Source: Nodosilinea sp. LVE1205-7 (GTDB taxonomy: Bacteria > Cyanobacteriota > Cyanobacteriia > Phormidesmidales > Phormidesmidaceae). From it: a stretch of 64,000 nt of DNA. Location of the stretch: assembly GCA_041879365.1 (NCBI GenBank), contig CP089923.1, positions 1,399,095 through 1,463,094 on the forward strand, written 5' to 3'. Of the stretch, positions 54,311-64,000 are shown one piece after another; within the stretch, counting starts at the first letter, position 1, and each line of letters begins with the position of its first letter. The notes beneath the pieces were generated by a model. That model was given only the letters and a program-made list of their open reading frames with translations, was not told the DNA's origin and did not search any database. Made by a program: the position numbers and the translations under genes.

Positions 54311-55156
54311 TTAAAGTCGTCTCAATAAACTTTGCCCATGGGTATCAGTGCCACAGGTGGTGAAGAGATTATACTGATGGGCCAGGTCAATGGCCACCGG
54401 TGTGGATCTGGCACAGGGTTGCCAGCAGTCTGGATTACTATAGGCATAGTAGGCCTCAATGCCATCGATGCCAGCCGCAGCGGCCTGGGCAACCGTTGTT
54501 TCTATGTCTAGGCGATAGCGGCCTGGGTGGGCCAGCACCGCTAGTCCTCCTGCGGTTTGAATAGCCTTAATCACCTGCCTGGCGGAATGTAGATCCTTTC
54601 TGCATCCATAATTTTGTAAGTAGGTATCTAGGGCTGCGTGACCAGGGTAAAAACCGTAGCCTAAAATGTGAACTTCTAGATCTTCTAAAAGGGCTGTAAT
54701 TTCTATGCCGGTGAACAGTCGGGGCACCCTATCACCCAACGGATGATGGTGAACCGATCGCCGCAGGAGGGTAGGATGATGCCAGCGCCAATCCTCCAAC
54801 CAGGCTTTAGCCTGGTTAAACCCCTGCAAGGTGTGGTGATCGGTAATAGCAAAGGCCTGTAAACCAATATCGATGACTTGCTCCATTAAGGCTGATGGGG
54901 TTAATCTTCCATCGGAGCAAACCGTATGCATGTGGAAGTTATAGGTGCGTGGGCAACTGGTCCAATCTACAGATTCAAAGATTTGACTCAAAATCTGAGC
55001 TTCGCCCGTTATCTTGCGTTGAGTCAGCGATGGAGAATCTGGCGTAGGAGCCATGGGTTTAGAGAGGTAATTGGGTTTAGAAGATACTGGATCAAAGCAG
55101 TTCTGGCACAGCCGAAGCAATATTAGCCAGGTGGGTAGGGCAACTATATCAGCCAC
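54311..55156 (-). CDS. PHP-domain metal-dependent phosphoesterase
   Basis: The His cluster YNFHMHTVCSDG…AITDHHT…HILG…LAHP fits the PHP (polymerase and histidinol phosphatase) fold. The true start may be an internal Met. Confidence 0.65.
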   Translation of the reverse strand: MADIVALPTWLILLRLCQNCFDPVSSKPNYLSKPMAPTPDSPSLTQRKITGEAQILSQIFESVDWTSCPRTYNFHMHTVCSDGRLTPSALMEQVIDIGLQAFAITDHHTLQGFNQAKAWLEDWRWHHPTLLRRSVHHHPLGDRVPRLFTGIEITALLEDLEVHILGYGFYPGHAALDTYLQNYGCRKDLHSARQVIKAIQTAGGLAVLAHPGRYRLDIETTVAQAAAAGIDGIEAYYAYSNPDCWQPCARSTPVAIDLAHQYNLFTTCGTDTHGQSLLRRL

Positions 55157-55413
55157 CAGCCTCGGTACATTTTACTGGTTCCCCACCAGAGTTTTAGCAA
55201 CCCCAAGTATCTAAGAATTGCCCATCACTCCTGTGGTCCATCCCAATCATTGCCCCAGCTATCATTAAAATAATAATTCTAAATAATAAATTCAGTCCAT
55301 GGTGCTGATTAATAACAGATTAGGGTTGAAAAAAGTAGGAACAGCCATAGACCTGGGTGGAATCGCCCTGGTTCCCTATAATGGGGGCTGATTCCCCTAG
55401 TTAGTACCTACCT

Positions 55414-56978
<1,565 letters not shown>

Positions 56979-56987
56979 GTACCCCAC

Positions 56988-57245
56988 CTAGACTTGCTTA
57001 AGCCGTTGCCAATCTTCTGGTGTGTAGGTTTTCAAGGCCAGGGCATGGATAGCGGCAGAGGACATGGCCTCTCCTACTGCCCCGTAAACTAACTGATGTT
57101 GCTGCACCAGGCTCCGGCCCCCAAAGGCCGAGGAAACTACCACAACCTGATAATGATCGCCACCACCGGTTAAATCGTCTACCTGAACATCGGCATCGGG
57201 TAGATGGGTTTTAATCATAGCCACCACCTGGTCTGGACTAATCAT
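56988..57245 (-). CDS. BolA family protein
   Basis: Start at the internal Met (MISPDQVV…), 85 aa. Motifs [12 protein letters not shown] and [11 protein letters not shown] are characteristic of BolA. Confidence 0.7.
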   Translation of the reverse strand: MISPDQVVAMIKTHLPDADVQVDDLTGGGDHYQVVVVSSAFGGRSLVQQHQLVYGAVGEAMSSAAIHALALKTYTPEDWQRLKQV

Positions 57246-57532
57246 GGGTATGGGTCTCCCTAAAAATTCTCTTAAAGGCAGTAAATACAAACATGGGTAG
57301 TATAACTTTCCCCAGCCCTCAATTGTCTGGGGGGTTGTTTAGAGGCATTAAGTGCTACCGTTCCCATTCAGGTCATTAGTTAAGGGGCACTGCATAGCAA
57401 TAACTCCGTCGCCAAACTATCTAGGGAAATCTTGTCTATCCTTTGCCAGTGTGTTTTATTCTTATATAGTTGAGTACAGTTGAGAATCGGAGCATATCCC
57501 TCTTGAGTCCGATTTATGACTGGATAGTCTCT

Positions 57533-57614
57533 GCGGATGTGGTGGAACTGGTAGACACGCACGCTTGAGGGGCGTGTGGCTTATGCCTTGCGAGTTCGAG
57601 TCTCGCCATCCGCA
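57533..57614 (+). tRNA. tRNA-Leu (anticodon GAG), long variable arm
   Basis: GCGGATGTGGTGGAACTGGTAGACACGCACGCTTGAGGGGCGTGTGGCTTATGCCTTGCGAGTTCGAGTCTCGCCATCCGCA; anticodon stem CACGC/GCGTG with loop TTGAGGG. Confidence 0.85.
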
Positions 57615-57639
57615 TTGTCATAATTGGTGAAGGATAATC

Positions 57640-57776
57640 CTTAGAGGTTGTTTTAAAGGGTTGTCCCAGGTATAGCTTGCCGTCAGGATAATCACCGCAA
57701 AATTTTGAATTTTGCCATTATCCTTCTCCATAGGTATAGTCTGGGATTCTCTTTGGCCTTTAAGCAACCCCTTAAA
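57640..57776. mobile_element. MITE family C copy 2 (inverted, right TIR degenerate), 25 bp downstream of tRNA-Leu
   Basis: Left TIR CTTAGAGGTTGTTTTAAAG. The interior matches the reverse complement of copy 1 (GGGTTGTCCCAGGTATAG…CAAAATT…ATAGGTATAGTCTG). Confidence 0.45.
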
Positions 57777-57825
57777 CGAGGTGGGATCAGCTCGACCGAT
57801 CCCACCTAATTTTAAACACCCAGTC

Positions 57826-58227
57826 TCAGTCCTGGTCAGGCTGAAACTCAAGAGCGGCAGAGTTAATACAGTAGCGCTGCCCCGTAGGAGCTGGACCATC
57901 ATTGAATACATGGCCCAGGTGAGCATCACAACGGGCACAGAGAACCTCTGTCCGGGTCATAAAATGGCTCATATCTCTCTTGGTTGCGAGGTTTTCAGCC
58001 TGAGCCGGACTCCAAAAACTGGGCCAACCCGTACCCGAGTCAAATTTGGTTGCAGAAGAAAAAAGTTCGGCACCACAGCACACGCATTTATAGGTGCCGA
58101 CCGTCTTATGATCGTGATAGGCTCCGGTAAAGGCTCTTTCCGTACCGTGCTTACGGGTTACCTGATATTGTTCAGGAGTGAGTTGCTGCTGCCATTCCTG
58201 GTCAGTTTTTGTGACTTTTTCCGACAT
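57826..58227 (-). CDS. msrB: Peptide-methionine (R)-S-oxide reductase MsrB
   Basis: 133 aa with both Zn-binding CxxC pairs (CVCCG…CARCDAH) and the catalytic [11 protein letters not shown] region. Confidence 0.9.
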   Translation of the reverse strand: MSEKVTKTDQEWQQQLTPEQYQVTRKHGTERAFTGAYHDHKTVGTYKCVCCGAELFSSATKFDSGTGWPSFWSPAQAENLATKRDMSHFMTRTEVLCARCDAHLGHVFNDGPAPTGQRYCINSAALEFQPDQD

Positions 58228-58385
58228 AAATCTTAACCTGCCAATTCTTTCTCCATCATAGATGAATTATGGCGTTGGGTAGAACCCTAGGGTGTCGCTG
58301 AGGCGGTCAACTAGATAGCTGCCCACCAGGCTGGCTAGTACTTTAGGAGCCAGCCAGTCTGCCCTAGCCAGACCGGGTGAGCAGC

Positions 58386-58523
58386 CTTAGAGGTTGTTTG
58401 AAAGGGGTTGCGCCCAGTATGGTTCGTCTCCAGAAAGCCACCCAAATAGTGGATTTTCGGAGGCTGTTCGACTCCCTGGGTATAGTTTCAGGCTTTCCTT
58501 GGTTTTTCAGACAACCTCTTAAA
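58386..58523. mobile_element. MITE family C copy 3
   Basis: CTTAGAGGTTGTTTGAAAG…TTCAGACAACCTCTTAAAG terminal inverted repeats; ~138 bp. Confidence 0.55.
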
Positions 58524-58568
58524 GGGTATGAGCCAGGGTTTGCTGCATTCCCTATTAGTCACCGTTAC

Positions 58569-59498
58569 TTAGGGAGTATTGGATAGGGGAGCACCGCTTA
58601 AAGGGGAAAAACCAGGTGTTTGCCCAGATAATTCTGGCCCAGTACCGCCAGTCGACAGGGGTAAGACTTGATTTTTAACTCCCTGGGTGGAAACCTCTGC
58701 TCCAGTTAGGGTGGTCATATTCTCCCCTGGGTTCCTGACCTGGGAAAGTAGTTTAGAGCCGGCAGCCGCCTGGCTGTTTAGTTCTTGAGTATGGAAGCTA
58801 TCGGAGCCATTGGAGGGTCTAGCTAAGGGCGTCAAAGGCGATGCTATCCCCTGGCCAAGGCTATAGCTTTGGTGTTGGGAAGCAGGAACTTGAGGCGGCA
58901 GCACTGTAGGGATAACCGCTGGGACCGAAGCTGCTGCCAGGGGTAGGTCGGAGGACAGGGGCTGGGGCGTGGCTGGAGCGGGCTTCAAAGCTGCTGGAGC
59001 GGGCCCTGCAGCGGTACGAGTCACCGCTGTCCTTCCATGTAAAGCACTTACCGCTGGCACAACAGGGGTAACTACGGCCCGATCCACTCGATTCAGGCTT
59101 TGCGGTAGTCTAGCTATGGTCAGGCTTTGAATTTTGGTCGGTGGATTAGGAACGACTACCGATCGCGACTGCATCATAGTTTCCCGTTCCTGGCGCAGTT
59201 GTTTTAGCCGGGCTTTGACCAGAGCATCGGTAGAAGAAGTATTCTGGGAGCTGATAAAATTTACTTGTTTACCCAGGCGAAGGGGGAATCGCAGTTCTGG
59301 TGTAGTAGCAGAACCCGAGGAAACCCTGGCTACCTTAGCGTTGGGTTTAACCTGGGATGCCCCCTGATCAGCACTAGCGGAGGAATCGACCTCGGGGGCT
59401 TGAGGTTTGTAGTGGTTCCAGGCTGTCAGCGTCAGCAAGCCGCCGCAGGAGGCCAGCGTACAAATACGAATGGTGGAATTGTTCATGGTTTTGATCAA
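58569..59498 (-). CDS. Hypothetical secreted Pro/Ala/Ser-rich protein
   Basis: Signal-peptide/lipobox-like N-terminus (ICTLASCGGLLTLTA), then a low-complexity Pro/Ala/Ser/Thr-rich body. Confidence 0.4.
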   Translation of the reverse strand: MIKTMNNSTIRICTLASCGGLLTLTAWNHYKPQAPEVDSSASADQGASQVKPNAKVARVSSGSATTPELRFPLRLGKQVNFISSQNTSSTDALVKARLKQLRQERETMMQSRSVVVPNPPTKIQSLTIARLPQSLNRVDRAVVTPVVPAVSALHGRTAVTRTAAGPAPAALKPAPATPQPLSSDLPLAAASVPAVIPTVLPPQVPASQHQSYSLGQGIASPLTPLARPSNGSDSFHTQELNSQAAAGSKLLSQVRNPGENMTTLTGAEVSTQGVKNQVLPLSTGGTGPELSGQTPGFSPLSGAPLSNTP

Positions 59499-59636
59499 AT
59501 TGCTTTTATCGTTTATCAGACTGACTGCGTATTAATAATAAATACAGAGATATTTGAAGCCGTCAGAATAATTTGGCCTCACAAGTGTGAAAACTTTCTA
59601 TAAATATGGTTCCCAGCTTTGCAGATATAATCCCCA

Positions 59637-60525
59637 TTGATACTCATGAATGGTGAACTAGCAGCCTTAGGGGCCGCCTTTCTATGGGCTGCCGCTACCA
59701 TGATGTTTGGTCAATTGGGGCAGTTTCTATCACCCCTGCTACTGAACCTGACTAAGGGGACGATCGCGAGCGGTTTAATACTGCTAACCCTGGTCCTGGT
59801 GGAGGGTCCCCCCACCGGCCTAGCGCCCAGGCCCATACTTTTACTCATCTTGAGCGGCATGGTAGGCATCGGTCTAGGGGATACCGCCTACTTTACCGCC
59901 ATTAACCGAATTGGAGCCCGGCAGGCCCTATTACTAGAAACCCTGGCTCCAGCCATAGCTGCTGGGCTAGCTTGGATCCTATTAGGAGAAAATATTAGTC
60001 TGCGCTCCTGGACCGGCATACTCTTTACCCTGGCAGGGGTGAGTTGGGTGATCAGCCAGCGGCTATCCTCACCTCAAACCACTACCTGGCAATGGAATTG
60101 GGGCCTTGTTTACGGAATTCTGGCCGCGCTGGGCCAGGCCACTGGAGCAGTCCTATCCAGGGCGGCCCTGGCCCACAGTGCGATTAATCCCCTGTGGAGT
60201 TCCCTTTTACGACTGAGCGGTGGGGGAGTTTTGATTCTGGTAATTCTGGTTGGAAAGGGGGACTCAGGAATCAGATCAAGCCATTACAGAACTCGAGGGT
60301 CCTGGCCATGGTGGGATTGGCAGCCCTACTGGGCACCTACCTGGCAATTTACTTACAGCAATTTGCCTTGCAGCATAGTGCTGCCGGTATCGCCCAGGCT
60401 CTAACGGGCACCAGTCCTCTATTTATATTGCCGATGGCGGCGGCCCTGGGGACCGGATCACTGGCCGTACAGTAGTCGGAGTCGGCCTGGCCCTGGTGGG
60501 TATATTTCTGCTGTTTCAGCCCTAG
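59637..60525 (+). CDS. EamA/DMT-superfamily transporter, two homopolymer frameshifts (G5 run near 60257; G4 run near 60445)
   Basis: Ten-TM DMT-like hydrophobicity pattern. Restoring one G at each site gives the continuous read …VGKGGLRNQIKPLQNSRVLAMVGLAALLGTYLA…AALGDRITGRTVVGVGLALVGIFLLFQP*. Confidence 0.65.
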
Positions 60526-60558
60526 GGAGAGCCTCACTTAGGCAGCCCCATTGACCTG

Positions 60559-61892
60559 CTAAAAGACGAACTGTAAAACCACCTGACAGCTTTTCTCCTG
60601 GGAATTAAGAGGTTGAGGATTAATCTGAATCTGGCGAATGAATTCCCGAAAGAAAAAACGCCGTTCAGCTTCCGAGAGATTTAACCAGAATTGGGGAATA
60701 GCCACCGACTGGGAAAGTTCTTGCAAATTAACTGGAGGCAGTTGGGCCCGCCGCTGTTCAAGCTGGGCAATTTCTCCCTGAAGTTTATAACGGCGCAGAG
60801 CAGCCGTATCTGGATCCAGCACTCCTTCTTGAACTAAGCCGGATAACTGTTGGAGAACCCCCTGGCGTTGCTGAATTTGGGTTTGGATCTCGGTGGCAGG
60901 GGTAACCGGGGCCCCACTCTGGGGGAACGGTTGTAATTGGGCCACGGCCTGGGGTAGATCGTGACAGATTTGTTCAATGATAGCGTTGAGGGCCCGATCG
61001 TAGGGAATGGCCCGACAGCGGGGAGAATGGGGACAATTGGTTGGCCTCAAGTAAAGGTAGGCCTGACTCTGACCCCGTCGGGTAGTAGTAGTAATGGTGA
61101 GTCTTCCCCCACAGGTCTGACAATAAACTAATCCCGCCAGGGATCGGGCAGCCCCTGCTGTTCGAGAGGGTAACTGACTGTTGCGGCGCAGTAGGCGATC
61201 AATCTGAGCGGCTTCCTCGCGACTAATAATGGCTGTATGGGTATCACGAATGACTTGGCCATCCTGGTATTGCAGGTCTCCCCGATAGACCGCATGGGTG
61301 AGCCAGCGACGGCCCGTAGAAACGGCGATGCGTTTGCCAAAACGATGATCCACAAATCGCACGGCACCGCGCAGTGATCCGTAGAGTAAAAACTCGTTAA
61401 CAAAGGCGGTAATCACCGGGGCGGTAGTGCGATCGACAAGGTAACGATCCTGGCCACGGCGATAACCGTAGGGAGCTTTACCAGGGGAGGTAGGGCCTGC
61501 AAACGATTACGGGCATGTCCAGTACGTAGTTGGCGGCGGCGCAGGCGATCGGGTAAGCTAGCCAGGGCCTGTAAACTACCAGCGGCATCAGGAATCTGCT
61601 GTGTCAGGTCGATCGCTTCTGAGGCGACACTCACAACTTGACTACCCATGGCTTGCAGGGTCTGGCAACGGGCTTCGATCTCAGCCAGGTTATCTCCCAG
61701 GGAGTCCAATCCTGCCACCAGGATCAAGTCGGCAGGATGCTCCTGGTTGTCCGCAATCAGCTGGGCCAATTGGGGACGGTAGCTGGGTTCGGCAGGTAGC
61801 CAGGTATCCTGGTAGAGTCGTTCCAGGGTATAACCCCAGGCTGGGGAGGGCGGTTGGCCGCACTCCAGGTAGTAATAGGCAACCACACGCAT
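60559..61892 (-). CDS. Serine-recombinase-family protein (resolvase-like N-domain, recombinase domain, Zn ribbon, coiled coil) lacking the canonical catalytic Ser; frameshift at a G4 run (61485-61488)
   Basis: The N-domain begins MRVVAYYYLECGQ where resolvases have …Y.RVST.Q. Downstream motifs (…GKAPYGYRRGQDRYLVD…VYCQTCGGRL…) match large serine recombinases. One added C on the coding strand joins ORFs 61413-62138 and 60559-61416. Confidence 0.6.
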
Positions 61893-62016
61893 AGGCTCAA
61901 ATGCCTGGTAAAGAGACTTTGGTAAGGCCAGAAAGGAGTGATCGGGATTGTATATCAACAAGTACCCCACTCTCCCATCACCATGGCAAGATAGGGGGTA
62001 GAGTAGGGGGCTTCTG

Positions 62017-62978
62017 GTGCAGATTACATTTCTCGGAACCAGTTCTGGCGTACCCACCCGGTCTCGCAACGTCTCCAGCGTGGCTCTGCGGTTACCCCAG
62101 CGGGGGGAAGTATGGCTGTTTGACTGCGGCGAAGGCACCCAGCACCAGTTTTTGCGTAGCGAGTTTAAGTCCAGTCAGATTCGTCGTATTTTCATCACCC
62201 ATATGCACGGCGACCATATTTTTGGGCTGATGGGGTTACTGGCCAGTTGCGGACTGGCGGGTAATCGACAGCAGTGTATCGATATCTATGGTCCCAAACC
62301 CCTGGGTGATTATTTGCAGGCCTGTCGGCGGTATTCCCACACCCACTTCACCCTCCCTATTCAGGTCCATGGGGTAGAACCTGGGGTAGTTTTTGAGGAT
62401 CGAGAATATCGAGTCCTATGCGATCGCCTGGAGCACCGGATTCCCGCCTACGGCTATCGGGTAGAAGAACGGGATCGACCTGGTCACTTCGATGTTAAAC
62501 GGGCAGAGGCCCTGGGCATTCCCCCGGTCCCATCTATGGTCAGCTGAAGCAGGGACTACAGGTGACCCTACCTAATGGTCGAAAGGTCAAGGGTACCGAT
62601 CTCTGTGGGCCTGACCTGGTAGGTCGCAAACTGGTGTACTGTACCGATACGATTTATTGCGATCGCTCCGTTGCCCTGGCCCACCAAGCCGATGTCTTAA
62701 TTCACGAAGCCACCTTTGCCCACCAGGATGCTGGACTGGCCTACGAGCGTCTGCATTCCACCTCTACCATGGCAGCCCAGGTAGCCCTTGGGGCCCAGGT
62801 GAGACAGCTCATTATGACCCACTTTAGTCCCCGCTATGCCCCCGGCAACAACGTTCAACTAAGCGATCTACTGACGGAAGCCCAGGCAATTTTCCCCAGT
62901 ACCACCATGGCCTACGACTTTATGATCTACAACATTTTACGCCAGGAGGAAAAAACTGCCCTGTCTTCGGCTTCGTAG
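62017..62978 (+). CDS. rnz: Ribonuclease Z (tRNA 3' processing endoribonuclease), frameshift near 62526-62530
   Basis: Metallo-beta-lactamase His motif ITHMHGDH and the rest of the RNase Z fold are present. The C-terminal half continues in ORF 62562-62978; one added G gives [19 protein letters not shown]. Confidence 0.85.
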
Positions 62979-63421
62979 GTACTTCTGGAGGCTGGGACTG
63001 ATTGACCTTGAATACGGCTAAGACGTTGCCGAACCTGACTAAGCTGACGTTGGTCATCAACGGCACCACGGGGAACCGGAATGTCTTGATTAGGCCAGGT
63101 CAACAGATCATGACAAGGACAGGGAAAGGAATTTAATCCTAAGGTGGGGATAGACACCGGCATCGTGCAGCGGGCACAGTCCTGCACATCCCAGGCGGAG
63201 GAAAGCATGGCGGCGATGGTCTGAATGGTGCCCTTGAGGTAGCAATCCTGACCCTGGGTAACCATGATTTGATCCCAGCAATCTTCAAAGTCCTGGCTGT
63301 AGTTGCCCTGAAAAAAAACTGGGGAGGGCAAATAATCACCGCGATCGCCAGATAGTACCACAGGCTTACCCAACTGAAACCAATGGGCTAAAAAGTCCCG
63401 AACCTGAGCTTCAGATGCCAT
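62927..63421 (-). CDS. Hypothetical Cys-rich (Zn-binding-like) protein
   Basis: 164 aa with Cys clusters DCWDQ…DCYLKG…CARCTMPV…FPCPCHDL; no family recognised. Confidence 0.4.
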   Translation of the reverse strand: MASEAQVRDFLAHWFQLGKPVVLSGDRGDYLPSPVFFQGNYSQDFEDCWDQIMVTQGQDCYLKGTIQTIAAMLSSAWDVQDCARCTMPVSIPTLGLNSFPCPCHDLLTWPNQDIPVPRGAVDDQRQLSQVRQRLSRIQGQSVPASRSTYEAEDRAVFSSWRKML

Positions 63422-63705
63422 AGTTGTATACCGTAGGTGAGGAGAGGATTTCTATCTATGGCCCCATCCTAGCCTTTTTAATAACTGCCGGGCTCCATCT
63501 GTATCGATTCTTTCTAAAGTCTCCAGGTTTGGGCCTTAGGGCACCTTTGCCCTGAATCGGCAGGTTAAAATCAATTATAGAATTTTGGTCATAGCCCTGG
63601 GGACCTGGACCTGGTTAACGGATCAACTCCCAGATCTGGCTAGCCCTCCTTTCTGTCCCTTATCCGCAGCTACAGCTTCAGGAATTCCTTAATTTTCTCC
63701 ATCCA

Positions 63706-64000
63706 TGAGTGAAAACACCGTCACCGTCAATCGAGCTGAACTGGAAGCCTTGAACGATCAACTATCGAAACGTTTTATCAAGCTTGATCCAGGAGGCTAC
63801 TTTCTCATTTATCTGGATCAGCAGCAGGGATTAATTTGTGCCAAACATTTTACTAATACCATTAACGATCTGGGTCTGGCCTGTGATCCGGCCACCGGCC
63901 TACCCCTACCGGTACGGGGCAAGGTTCAACGGCAAGCGACTCTGATCTATAGTGGGCGAACTGCCAAGGAGCTTTGCATCGCTATTTTTGAAAACCCTCA
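63706..64000 (+). CDS. Hypothetical protein (N-terminal fragment, runs off window end)
   Basis: ATG at 63706 and an open frame to the window edge (MSENTVTVNRAELEALNDQLSKRFIKLDPGGYFLIYLDQQQGLICAKHF…). Confidence 0.4.

Overview
This window looks like a cyanobacterial chromosomal segment. The HIP1 octamer GCGATCGC recurs throughout, GC content is moderately high, and several gene families are cyanobacteria-typical. Most of it is ordinary housekeeping content: cofG, ppk, clpS, a radical-SAM/DUF2344 gene, tsaC, urtA, ureG, a type I secretion pair (HlyD plus a C39/cNMP ABC exporter), selO, groES/groEL with a perfect CIRCE operator, purN, ftsX, lysS, msrB, rnz, and four tRNAs (Phe-GAA, Val-TAC, Thr-CGT, Leu-GAG). 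Two regions stand out. (1) A roughly 4.8 kb repeat-dense, largely non-coding block (about 24.6-29.4 kb) carries a secreted-type adenosine deaminase gene between two ~640 bp direct-repeat blocks and, at 28071-28343, a strictly phased array of 13 x 21 bp direct repeats built on a TGTGATCG core, with CRP-family-like TGTGA-N6-(T)CACA palindromes every 42 bp. This iteron-like or regulator-binding array is the most unusual object in the window. (2) Immediately downstream is an AT-rich island (about 29.4-34.5 kb) with no HIP1 sites. It encodes a secreted GH13 alpha-amylase, an SPFH/band-7 protein with an unusual C-terminal adaptor-like domain, and a DUF1399/TIGR04222 fusion protein. Each gene is followed by a related GTCTAAC...GTTAGCA motif, and the island is bounded by an IS3-family element and nested MITEs. 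At least four small MITE families are present, and one of them abuts two tRNA genes and brackets msrB. Important caveat: more than 20 genes appear frameshifted. Wherever I could resolve the break, it sits in a homopolymer run that reads one base short of what restores the frame (G/C runs of 4 or more, A/T runs of 5 or more). These are most likely assembly indel errors rather than pseudogenes, so I report those CDS as single genes spanning the split ORFs.
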